A stretch of DNA of 64,000 nucleotides. Source: Naegleria gruberi. Taxonomy: Eukaryota. The DNA lies in assembly GCA_000004985.1 (NCBI GenBank), contig GG738869.1, one strand, 5' to 3'. Below the pieces are notes generated by a model that worked only from the letters and a program-made list of their open reading frames with translations, searched no databases and was not told the origin of the DNA. The position numbers and the translations under genes were made by a program. Below are positions 9,631-19,508 of the stretch, in pieces; position 1 is the first letter of the stretch, and each line of letters starts with the position of its first letter.

Positions 9631-11301
9631 TTAAATGAAAGGAAGATCACTTGTTGGAGATTGAGGAGAATTTGGAGAAGTAGTGTTCATATTCAAAGCA
9701 AGTGTTGATTTGAATTGAAAATGAGTTAGAGAAAGAATATCCGATATTTCCTTTTCGAGATTATCCAAAATTTTTGAATGGAGAATGTCCACAGTTTCGT
9801 ATGAGCCTTGTCTATTGTTATAGAGATCGATTTGGTGGATAATCCATTCCATACTACCAAGATAAACAGATTCTGATTGAATGGAATCATGAATTTCAAA
9901 AATGATTTCGTATTTGATTCGTTCTAGATGGGAAAGTTTCTTTTCAAGTTCATTCGAAACTTGCTGAATATAAATGTCTGCTCCTTTAGCCAAAGACTTT
10001 TCCGCTACAAACTCCTTTGTAATTTCATATAATTTGAGCTGACAATCTATTGAATCTTTACAAAATTCTTTAAAATATTGAATTCTTTCCAAAATTGAAA
10101 ATGGAATTCCAACCTTTGCCTTTTTACAAAATGTTTTAAATTCATCTCGCATTCCAATATCAGCCATCGTATCCTTCAATATATTAGTACTCTCAATCCT
10201 AACTTTCTTCTCATTTCGTATCAACTTTCGTCCCAACATTAAATAAACTAATATTCCAACAGGAATAACAATCACACAAGCCAGACACGACAAGACCAAC
10301 ACTGAAATTCCACTCGCTATGGTAAACTCATCAATTCTATTGCACAACAAGTAAATATCCTCCAATATCTCAAAAAACTTTGTTTCGAATAGTTCCATTT
10401 CATATTTAAATGTTCCATTATAATATTTGACATTGTAAACATTAAATTGTTGATAAAATTCATCCAATTTCGTATAATTTGAAGTATAATTACTCAGCTT
10501 ACAAAACAACCCAATCATTTCTGTCCAATTCTGATAAAGTGGCAGAAACACTTCCTCACCATTCGAATTTCCCATAAACGAATGTTCATAACTGTCAGGT
10601 ATTAAGGAAATCATTTTAAAAACCGATTGATTATAATCAAGCAGTGTATAATTAAGCATATCACAAAAATCTGAATAATTAATCGTTTCCAAACTATTAT
10701 TAAGAGCACTCAATTCTAACATGTCTCGTAAATAGACGAAAGAAGATTTAACTGAATATCGACTAATGAGTAGTTCCTTAATGGGAACAAATTCGGCTAT
10801 TCGTGATGGGACAATGATGGCGAGGGCAATGATGAGTAGAAACAAAATATTGATGAACATGGCCATGGTGGCAAGTAATGGAATTAATCCGAAACGTTTC
10901 GAACAACAATTGATTTGTTTTTTTGATAGTGAACGAGCCAAATCATCAACATGATTGGTTTCGTCCCGAATTTCCTCTATACCTGCTGGTAATTGATCTT
11001 CTATCCTTTCATCCTCAAATAGTATCCTCGGTTGACTTTCGAATACATTTTCATTCTCCACAAAAACACTTCCTTCATCATTTTCATAATTATTTGGTGA
11101 TTGAATTGAAGAATAACTTATTGCCCTCTTCAATTCAAAAGTAGACGGCTTGCTATATGATGGTGGATCATTTAAAAGCATTTTTATGATTCGTAAATAA
11201 GTTATTCGAAAGGAAAGAAGTAGAAATAGAGATAAAAACAACATAAAAAAAAGGCATTTCAGAGTACTTACGAGTAGTAACTTGAAACAAGAAAATGCCA
11301 A
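9631..11301 (-). CDS. Two-pass membrane receptor-like protein (TM1, then a ~180-aa N-glycosylation-rich ectodomain, then TM2, then a ~200-aa cytoplasmic region with an RGS-like segment). The true start is probably an internal Met (e.g. MLLNDPP...).
   Basis: Hydrophobic segments FGLIPLLATMAMFINILFLLIIALAIIV and ASGISVLVLSCLACVIVIPVGILVYLML flank a domain with 8 or more NxS/T sites. The cytoplasmic part has FKTFCKKAKVGIPFSILERIQYFKEF, resembling the RGS core (FxxFLxxEFSEENLxFWxAxEEFK). It is a paralog of the adjacent + strand gene. Confidence 0.45.
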   Translation of the reverse strand: MAFSCFKLLLVSTLKCLFFMLFLSLFLLLSFRITYLRIIKMLLNDPPSYSKPSTFELKRAISYSSIQSPNNYENDEGSVFVENENVFESQPRILFEDERIEDQLPAGIEEIRDETNHVDDLARSLSKKQINCCSKRFGLIPLLATMAMFINILFLLIIALAIIVPSRIAEFVPIKELLISRYSVKSSFVYLRDMLELSALNNSLETINYSDFCDMLNYTLLDYNQSVFKMISLIPDSYEHSFMGNSNGEEVFLPLYQNWTEMIGLFCKLSNYTSNYTKLDEFYQQFNVYNVKYYNGTFKYEMELFETKFFEILEDIYLLCNRIDEFTIASGISVLVLSCLACVIVIPVGILVYLMLGRKLIRNEKKVRIESTNILKDTMADIGMRDEFKTFCKKAKVGIPFSILERIQYFKEFCKDSIDCQLKLYEITKEFVAEKSLAKGADIYIQQVSNELEKKLSHLERIKYEIIFEIHDSIQSESVYLGSMEWIIHQIDLYNNRQGSYETVDILHSKILDNLEKEISDILSLTHFQFKSTLALNMNTTSPNSPQSPTSDLPFI

Positions 11302-12602
11302 TCAATGAAATACGTAAAAACGTCAAGGCCAATCAAGAGACTACTTTCACAACCAAGTCTTCATCTCTTGATTCGAATATGCCAACTAGGCGAAAGATTG
11401 TAAAGTATTTGAGACTAATCTTGTTGATAGGATTCATTATCAACTTTTTATCTTTCATTTCAATTGCTATTATTTCAATATTATCTTTTCAAAGTTCTAA
11501 TTTTTCATTATCAACTGCCATATACAAATATGGAAATGCATATTTGGGTTATGATGAAATGGAATTGGCAGAATTTTTAGTATTACTGACAAGAAAGGAG
11601 AAATTCATTCAAAGATATTATCATTCAAAGAATGAATTGAATAGTTCACTTTCGTATGCTTTTCAAATAATTTCGAATGAAAATTCTTCTTGGATTCCAA
11701 CTCACGAATGGTTCCAAATTGAAAATCACGTAATGGAACTAGTCAAGAGTGGAAACTATTCTCAAGCTTACTCAGTTTCAACTTCTCCAGAACACAAACT
11801 AGCAGATCTTCGATTTATCCAATTTTTAGATTCAGTTCTCGCTCAATTATTCCAAATCAGTGAAACAAAAGAAGCAGAATATATGAAATACACAACTATT
11901 GATCTGGTTGTGGTGATTCTCTGTTTAGGAATTGCCATTCCAATTGTTTTATTAATTTTCATTGGAGTTATTAAATTGGATCGAGATTCAAAGAAGAGAT
12001 TGGAGAAGGCAAGGGCAGTTTCGGTTATTCATTCGATTTCTGATCCGTTTCTGAGACCCAAGTTTAGAAAATGTGTTGAGAATGATGAGTTGGTGTGTTT
12101 TGAATTCTTGGAGAATGTTCAATTGTTTAAGGAGAAGAAGAGATCTATTCATTCGACTATTCAGTCGATTCTAGACGAAATGAAAAAAGAAATGATACCT
12201 AATGATGAAGAGGATGATGCTAGTTCATTGAATGGAATTAGCCCACTAACCCTTTCTCCTGATTTATTCTTACAAATCAAGTCAGAAGATGATCAAATTA
12301 AGGCAATTGACATTTACAATCGTTTTCTCAATCCTAAAGAAAATCAGAAACACATCAAATATAAGAATCATGAAAAGATTTTGGAGGAAATTAATCATCA
12401 GAGTAATCAAGACCTGTTGTCCACTGTATTCGATCAGGTACAAATTGAAATTGCTAAAAAGCTCATCAAATCTCATGAATTATTCTCCAAATCTCAATCT
12501 TTCTCCACTCAAGACATTGAAGACCAATTGCTTTCCTATAGATTTGAATATCTTTCAATATTCAAACCTGAAAAACGAAACAGTCTATTCACATCAAAGT
12601 AA
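11295..12602 (+). CDS. Paralogous two-pass membrane receptor-like protein with an RGS-like cytoplasmic segment, 435 aa. Divergently transcribed from the previous gene.
   Basis: Same architecture: TM1 LRLILLIGFIINFLSFISIAIISIL, an ectodomain with NxS/T sites, TM2 LVVVILCLGIAIPIVLLIFIGVI, then FRKCVENDELVCFEFLENVQLFKEKK (RGS-like). Confidence 0.45.
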   Translation: MPINEIRKNVKANQETTFTTKSSSLDSNMPTRRKIVKYLRLILLIGFIINFLSFISIAIISILSFQSSNFSLSTAIYKYGNAYLGYDEMELAEFLVLLTRKEKFIQRYYHSKNELNSSLSYAFQIISNENSSWIPTHEWFQIENHVMELVKSGNYSQAYSVSTSPEHKLADLRFIQFLDSVLAQLFQISETKEAEYMKYTTIDLVVVILCLGIAIPIVLLIFIGVIKLDRDSKKRLEKARAVSVIHSISDPFLRPKFRKCVENDELVCFEFLENVQLFKEKKRSIHSTIQSILDEMKKEMIPNDEEDDASSLNGISPLTLSPDLFLQIKSEDDQIKAIDIYNRFLNPKENQKHIKYKNHEKILEEINHQSNQDLLSTVFDQVQIEIAKKLIKSHELFSKSQSFSTQDIEDQLLSYRFEYLSIFKPEKRNSLFTSK

Positions 12603-12705
12603 AATCTACACAGAATTAATTTATTCTAAACTCCTCACAAATGCCTGAAGAACATCTGAAATTTAACATGATTACGTTACTAAATTGATTATTACTTATA
12701 TAGAT

Positions 12706-14118
12706 CTAATTACCAGTTGGTTGAGGTTCAAAAGGTAATTGACTCAATCTGTCCTTTAATTCCTCATTCTTCAAATTTGAGTATTTTGTGTTTGATCTTT
12801 TTCTTTTGATTAAGACTGCCAACACTACAATTCCAATTAACAATGCCACACAACCAACGATAGCAAGAATTGATGAAATGATGATAATCAATGTTGTGGT
12901 TGACATTGGTGAAGAATTGTTTTGATTTCCGTTAGTATTGCTGTTCATGATATATGATTTTTGAGGAGTAGGTCCAACATTCACACATTCTGTGAAATAT
13001 TTGTTATTTGTTTGACCTTGAGGACATGGTTGACAAGATGCTCCATTAATTATATAGTTATCATCGCAATATGGAGAGAGTACATTAATAACAGAGTTCT
13101 TATTCGAAACATATATTACTCCAAGATAACACTTCAAGTATGCTTCATTTTCATAGGTGTAAATGGTGTCAATGATACCATTAGTTACCTTTCTAATTCT
13201 CTTATTGAGAGAATCGTTGAAAATAATTGAACCTTGTGAAGCACATATTTGAGATGGATTATGAATTCTTGCTAATTTAGCTGAACCCTTATCACCGGTA
13301 AAACAATCAGAACATGGATCAAGATCAGGAAATGGTCTTCTATATTGTACACCGACTGGAGTTGAGAGAATGTTGTTTTTCATGTCCACCTTTCGGATAA
13401 GATTATTTCTCGTATCTGAAATGAAAATGTTACCCTCCTCATCCATTGCAATACCAGTAGGGTAGTACAATGGAATTGACCGAGGAGGACCATCAGTACC
13501 AATGAAATTATCTGTTCTTGGTATCACGCCTGCAATTGTTGAAATAGTTGTATGAATCGTCACCCTTCTGATAACATAATCAAATGACTGAGCAACGTAC
13601 AGATACGTTCCTGTGGGATCAATAATCAATCCAGATGGGGTGTTAATGTAAACATCTGTTGCAAACCCTCCCTCACCCAAGTTTGGATCGGAAGTTGTTG
13701 CTGCCTTTCCTGCAGTAATTACTATTCGATTTGAATTGAGATATAAAGATCTAACTAAATTATACTTTTCGTCTGTAAAATGAATGGTATCACCGTGGTA
13801 AACCATTTCTTTCACAGATGGCAAGTATGCAGCATTGGCTTGTTCATAAGATGATGACGGAAAGTAATTTTGTGGTGGTTGACCTGTCTGACCAGCTACA
13901 ACATTCAATTGACCATTAGAATACTTATTAATAGTGGCTCCATTGAAATAGAAAAACTCAGCCTTGGATTTGAATGTGAATGCTTGTGCTTTGATGTTAT
14001 CAACAAACTTGTCTGCTTTGAATTTGATTGGAATTTGGGAGTTAACATGTAACCACATGTGTTGATGGACACACAAAAACACCAACACTGTAACTTGAAG
14101 AAGAACAGGCAATTGCAT
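12706..14118 (-). CDS. Type I membrane protein with an NHL-repeat (beta-propeller) ectodomain and a Cys-rich stalk, 470 aa
   Basis: Signal peptide MQLPVLLQVTVLVFLC. Repeated NHL-like units (GGFATDVYINTPSGLIIDPTGTYLYVAQ..., YYPTGIAMDEEGNIFISDTRNNLIRKV, ...NDSLNKRIRKV). Cys-rich CDDNYIINGASCQPCPQGQ, then TM LIIIISSILAIVGCVALLIGIVVLAVLI and a short basic tail. Confidence 0.55.
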   Translation of the reverse strand: MQLPVLLQVTVLVFLCVHQHMWLHVNSQIPIKFKADKFVDNIKAQAFTFKSKAEFFYFNGATINKYSNGQLNVVAGQTGQPPQNYFPSSSYEQANAAYLPSVKEMVYHGDTIHFTDEKYNLVRSLYLNSNRIVITAGKAATTSDPNLGEGGFATDVYINTPSGLIIDPTGTYLYVAQSFDYVIRRVTIHTTISTIAGVIPRTDNFIGTDGPPRSIPLYYPTGIAMDEEGNIFISDTRNNLIRKVDMKNNILSTPVGVQYRRPFPDLDPCSDCFTGDKGSAKLARIHNPSQICASQGSIIFNDSLNKRIRKVTNGIIDTIYTYENEAYLKCYLGVIYVSNKNSVINVLSPYCDDNYIINGASCQPCPQGQTNNKYFTECVNVGPTPQKSYIMNSNTNGNQNNSSPMSTTTLIIIISSILAIVGCVALLIGIVVLAVLIKRKRSNTKYSNLKNEELKDRLSQLPFEPQPTGN

Positions 14119-14710
14119 AGGAGGTTTTTTTAATGTTGAATATTTTGTAAATTCGATATTGACAAAAGATGTCAGTCACCTGAAAGAGATGATATTGACA
14201 CCTTTACATAAATATATTAGGCACTTCTAAAAGCCCATTTAACAATCAATTTTGTAATGAACTCCTCAATTTCTTGACCTTTTGATTTCCTTTTCTTCAG
14301 AACCAATTTGACATGTGAATTAGCAGATGCAGCTCCCCATTCGGATGCTGTTGCAATTAATAATGAATTTTGGAAAGTAAACGAAAGATAGGGTAGATAA
14401 TTATCAAGAGAAAGCATTTAGCACAATGAAAATTTTCTTCAAGGTATTGGAAGTACTGGATGGCGGAGAATAATAAGCATAGTTTCCAACACATAACACC
14501 ATCAATACGCCTCTTCAATCTCCTTGATGATATTAGGAACCTGAGGCAAGTTTTCATTTCAATCCTTTATTGTTGTTTCGTTTATTTTAAAAACTAAGGA
14601 AAAAAATCTCAATCCCACCATGCAAGTCGACAACGTTCTTCCGAACAAGATTATAAGAAACGTAAATGTACGTTAACTTGACACAAATTGTTCATTTATC
14701 TAATTAATTT

Positions 14711-15298
14711 TTATATAGAGAGTATTTCATTAATCATACAGAAGTTGTTGAAATGATGAGAAATGTTGGTCTTGATGAGAATACTATTAAAGGTTTGGAC
14801 CAAATTCACAGGTGCTAGATGTTTCACCGTATCAATCCTTAAAGAAATCAGCAAAAGAGACCACGAGGAAGGATGGTGGAAAGAAGCACTGGATGAAATT
14901 CTTCCTTGCTGTAACAATAATAGGAAGGCTGTAGAGGAAATTATTTGGTTATTGATAAGATGATATGTGCCAAGAGAAAAAGATTTGGAGTGGGTTGAAG
15001 CTAAACTCTCTAAGGTTGATAGGAATGGTTTGTAGTAATTCCACATGTTGACCATTGTAGTAATTTCCTCATAATTATTTCTCACTACCAAGAAAGTAGA
15101 CTCCCCATTCATCAGATGATTGTGCAAATATTTCAAGATTACACCTACCAACAGTTCAATTACTGCTAACATTAGAAATCTCTGATGGAGTGCTGATATA
15201 GACTGTTCGATTTCATGTGAGCTTTGAGTTGTTTGCAAACAACCTGCAATATTCCAATCAAAATTTTTGAAAAGAGAGCTATGGTCAATTTGTAACAA
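14711..15298 (-). CDS. Hypothetical protein (195-aa ORF). It may be an exon of a larger minus-strand gene spanning roughly 14217..15298.
   Basis: Long ORF in an otherwise gene-dense region. No recognisable domain. The downstream minus-strand ORFs 14357..14557 and 14217..14417 could be additional exons. Confidence 0.25.
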   Translation of the reverse strand: MLQIDHSSLFKNFDWNIAGCLQTTQSSHEIEQSISALHQRFLMLAVIELLVGVILKYLHNHLMNGESTFLVVRNNYEEITTMVNMWNYYKPFLSTLESLASTHSKSFSLGTYHLINNQIISSTAFLLLLQQGRISSSASFHHPSSWSLLLISLRIDTVKHLAPVNLVQTFNSILIKTNISHHFNNFCMINEILSI

Positions 15299-15521
15299 TA
15301 ATTATCCATCTAATAAGAGCTATGGATAATTTGTATTTCGAAATATCTGCTACTATTTTCCAATTTAAAATTCTGCAAAGGAAAAAGTAAATATTCGGCA
15401 CTAACCAAACTTGGTATTACTAAAATGGAATCATTTCAAATTCGTCCAATATTTCATATAATTCAACAACTCAATAAATACTCAGCACTCCAAACATTCA
15501 AAGTTTTTCATATAAAAAAAG

Positions 15522-16817
15522 TTGAAAATGTCATCTCAAATCCAAAAAAACCTACAAGAAGAATGTCCAAACAAACCAATCAATGCTGCTACTGCTACCT
15601 CTGAGGAGGAGGGCACAGTTTTGAGATTTTATCCTCAGGATATTACCGTTACTCGAAACCAACCTCTCCTCGAAATGATAGAGAAATGTTACGTCCCCCA
15701 AGTCTTTAAAGATGGTCCTCAAGATGCTGAGATGAGTATTGTTGGTGGAAAGATTAAAATGTCTCAGATTGACAAGTTGATTCCACGTACTCCAGGATTT
15801 GATAAGTTACATACCTTCACAGCTGCCAAGTTGACTGCAAATATGTGGCGAGACACTGTTAAGGTGTTGAGAAAAACATTCCCTGACGATAAAAAGTTGA
15901 GTAAGGCAGCTGAATACTGGGATAAGATGCCAAGTGGAACTCTCCAAATTAGTCCATATGGTTTGGAAGACGAAAAGAATGCCTACTATTCACGTGGTAA
16001 TGGTAGTATTGAACTAAAGTTTGGTTATTTCACTGATGACAAAGGAGATACAATTTACACATGTCAATCATCTGACATTGTTGCTCATGAAACTGGACAT
16101 TATGTACTGGATCATTTGCGTCCAGAATTCAATGATTCTAGAAATGTGCAAACTGGTGGCCTTCACGAAGCATTTGGTGATATTTCTGCCTTAAGTTTCG
16201 TATTTGCTGATGATGCCATGGCTAGAGCATTAATTAATTTAACATTTGGTAACCTTCATGCTTCAGCAAACAACTTCGCTGCTAACTTGGCTGAGGAATT
16301 TGGTATTTCATTGGGAATGCCTGGTTATCTCCGTAGTGCTGATGATGATTACAAACTTTCTCAGGGTGAGGAAGAGGTCCACTTCGTATCAGAGGTGTTT
16401 ACTGGCGCTTATTATGATGCCCTTGCAAGTGCTTTTAAGGCAGCTACTCAAGAATTCACTGAATATAATTCAGTCACTTTGTTGCAGGCAGTGAGTGAAT
16501 ATGCTCGTAACCTCCTACTGCATGCCATTGTAACTGTTGGAGGAAAATCACCAGATTTTGTTGATATTGCCAATCGATTGTATGAGATTATTGACCTCCA
16601 TAGTCAGAATGCACCTGCAAAAGTAGCTTATTTGCAAAAGTTAAAGTGGAAAACTTACTTTGAAACTGAGTTTGAGCGTCGTGAGGTCAGTAAACCTGTT
16701 AATCAATTACGCTATGCTGCAAAAAAGAGGGATATGGTAGCTGAACAAGTAAGACAAGTAAGACCAGAGAAGGAAATCTTAACAATGGTTTGTGGTGCAC
16801 ACACTCTTCAAAATTAA
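15522..16817 (+). CDS. Thermolysin-like (gluzincin) zinc metallopeptidase, 431 aa, with no signal peptide
   Basis: HExxH motif VAHETGHYVLD, followed 19 aa later by GGLHEAFGDISAL. This matches the HExxH...GxxNEAxSD layout of the M4/M36-type third zinc ligand. Confidence 0.55.
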   Translation: MKMSSQIQKNLQEECPNKPINAATATSEEEGTVLRFYPQDITVTRNQPLLEMIEKCYVPQVFKDGPQDAEMSIVGGKIKMSQIDKLIPRTPGFDKLHTFTAAKLTANMWRDTVKVLRKTFPDDKKLSKAAEYWDKMPSGTLQISPYGLEDEKNAYYSRGNGSIELKFGYFTDDKGDTIYTCQSSDIVAHETGHYVLDHLRPEFNDSRNVQTGGLHEAFGDISALSFVFADDAMARALINLTFGNLHASANNFAANLAEEFGISLGMPGYLRSADDDYKLSQGEEEVHFVSEVFTGAYYDALASAFKAATQEFTEYNSVTLLQAVSEYARNLLLHAIVTVGGKSPDFVDIANRLYEIIDLHSQNAPAKVAYLQKLKWKTYFETEFERREVSKPVNQLRYAAKKRDMVAEQVRQVRPEKEILTMVCGAHTLQN

Positions 16818-17878
16818 TTATGTATATATATAAACAGCAATTAGTGAGTATTATTGGATGTGCACTTCTAAGATATTCTTCACATCACATTCTCTAATAG
16901 CTGATTGAATATGGCAAAATCCTCCACATCGATCTCTATTGATTAAAACTTTCATCGTCCCATGAGGTGCATATTCTGGATCAAAATCAAAGGCAATTTA
17001 AAATTGGACATTTGTGGCCATTTTCAAATTCACACTAATCAACATATTTCAATGCTTCATTGATTGTAATGAATTCCTAATAAACACCATGAACTGTCCA
17101 CTGTAACTTATATTCATAAAATGGCGCATTTTCAAACAGAGAGATTTCAGTAAACTATTTAAATTTATGCCAGGTTTTGAGATAATGGTGGGCTTAGAAT
17201 TTAACGAAAATGGTGTGCCTTCTTGTTTGCCCTCTTCGATGTGTTTTAAGCTATGGGAGTACACTTCAATTTCCTTTTTGCTTAAAATTTTTATCTCAAA
17301 ACGCGGCATTAATGGGAACAGGTGGAAATAATGAAATGGGATGAATCAGGAATGGTAGAATTAGTGGTTGACTAAATTAGAGAGGGAAATTCTTTGGGTT
17401 TATCTAGTAATTTCCTTAATATGTTCAATGCTATGTTTTACATTTACTTGGACTATTGTTTGAGAAAACAGTGGATTACAGCTTCTGAAGTCAAAACTGG
17501 AGAGGAGTTTTATTTCGAATATGATATTCACAATTATGAGCATATCAACAATTTTCCATCTGCTAGTACTGCACATGATACTTGCATTGACTGACAAAGA
17601 TGGTGAAATTGTTTTTATTAGGTTTTGTTTGAAATGTTTAACCGGAGAAGAAAAGCAGATGAATATGTTGATGAGAACCATATGAAGAAAATTGATAATT
17701 TCCAAAAATTGTTGGATACTTTGCATTGGTGGGGAAAGTAAAGAGCTGATTTTCTGAAATTATACCTAAACAGGACACTTTCAGTCATTCTCCACCCAGA
17801 GCTTGAATCTAGAAAAGATAGAACTAATAAAAAAGAAGAAATAGTTGAAATTTTCAATTTACTTACAATGGAAGTTCA

Positions 17879-19213
17879 GTGTTCAAAGAAATTAAAAAGA
17901 ACAATCTTAAAAAAAAAATGGGCAATCAATACTCACTTCCACCACACACAAAAGAAGATTTGAAACAAATCCCCAAGAACGATTTGCTCAAATTAAAATT
18001 CGATATGACAATTAAACAGAAATTGGCCGAGTCCATGATCGGATCAAACTCTTCATCATCGTCGTCGGTTGTCAATTTAATTTTCGATACGGATATTGGA
18101 AGTGATATTGATGATGCGTTGGCTTTGGTTTCAGTGTTGAATTTACCGAGAGAAGCCGTGAATGTGTTGGGTGTGACAACTGTCTATGGTTATGTTGAAG
18201 TGAGAAGTCAGGTAGCTTCGAGGATTGTTCAAGCATATGCAGAGGATGAATTTGCATCGAGTGGAAGAGTGGTGGATATTCCTGTATTGACTGGATCTCA
18301 CTATTCAATTGATGATCCAATTGTTTTGGATCCATGTTGGCATGCAAATACGGAAGGAATTGGTTTATTCAAAGATGAGGAAATTGAAAAGATGAAACAA
18401 TATCAAAATTGTTATTTGGATAGAAATGAATTAATGAAACAACACTCAAAGAAGGCAGCTGAATTTATTGTACAAAAAGCTAAGGAATTGAATGGAAATT
18501 TGGTGATTGTATCATTGGGTGGATTGACCAATGTTGCAATGGCCTATCAAATGGATAACAATTTGACAAAATTAGTGAAACGAGTTGTTTTTATGGGAGG
18601 TGGAGTAGTTCCAGTTGGAGGTACCATTCCAGATAATTTTGAAAGAGGCGTCGAATATCATTGCCACTCAAATCACAATATTAGACAAGATCAATTTGCT
18701 GCCAATGTAGTTTTTTCAGCTGGATTTGACGTTTATTGTGTTGGACATACTGTTACTCATTCAGTTTGGTTTGAAGGAAAAACAGTTGACTTTTTGAGAA
18801 CACTCTCATTTCACAAAGGACAAAATCCATACGAAAATGATAATATTATAGAATCTTATGATCCACAATATCCTAAAATGGCTCATATTCTTGGTACATT
18901 ATTGGATGTGTGGCTCAAACATCGAAGCGTTGTTTTTAGTAAGACAATCAAGGGAACTTGTCCACATGATGCCTTAACAACCTATGAAGCAATTTTCAAT
19001 CAACAATTTATCAAATACGTACGAGGACACTTTATTGTAAATGAAACTGATGGCAAAGTTTGTTTCATCTATGATCCAGATTATGGTAAGGTCAATGTGG
19101 CCATTGGTTTTCAAAACGATCAAATGCCAGCTCAAATGCTCTCCCTCCTTTCTGAATCTCTATTGAAAGCTATTCCAAAAGATGATTTACATCTCTATGG
19201 ACTCCATTTGTAA
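17879..19213 (+). CDS. Inosine-uridine-preferring nucleoside hydrolase family protein, 444 aa
   Basis: Signature N-terminal aspartate cluster NLIFDTDIGSDIDDALAL (DxDxxxDDxxAL), then GVTTVYGY and the C-terminal HD...T region. Confidence 0.8.
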   Translation: MFKEIKKNNLKKKMGNQYSLPPHTKEDLKQIPKNDLLKLKFDMTIKQKLAESMIGSNSSSSSSVVNLIFDTDIGSDIDDALALVSVLNLPREAVNVLGVTTVYGYVEVRSQVASRIVQAYAEDEFASSGRVVDIPVLTGSHYSIDDPIVLDPCWHANTEGIGLFKDEEIEKMKQYQNCYLDRNELMKQHSKKAAEFIVQKAKELNGNLVIVSLGGLTNVAMAYQMDNNLTKLVKRVVFMGGGVVPVGGTIPDNFERGVEYHCHSNHNIRQDQFAANVVFSAGFDVYCVGHTVTHSVWFEGKTVDFLRTLSFHKGQNPYENDNIIESYDPQYPKMAHILGTLLDVWLKHRSVVFSKTIKGTCPHDALTTYEAIFNQQFIKYVRGHFIVNETDGKVCFIYDPDYGKVNVAIGFQNDQMPAQMLSLLSESLLKAIPKDDLHLYGLHL

Positions 19214-19508
19214 ATTCATTGAAGTGACCCCATCCAGAGAGAAGGAACATTTATGAAAAAAGAGATGGAAATTGTTGAATAATCTTGTGAATTTAATTTG
19301 TTAATAATTGAATATTTTTTTCATTCAATTAACTGGTTTATCTAGCAATAGCTCATTACCAATTTAATCCAATAATATCATCTCTTAATGTTTTTTGAAA
19401 ATTCAAACCTTCTTCTTGGAAGAGAATCCTGTAAATTGAGCTTTGCATCATAAATAACAAAGGTCCATTGTGTAAAGCGTTATTTTCCTCTTTAGAACTC
19501 TAAAAAAA

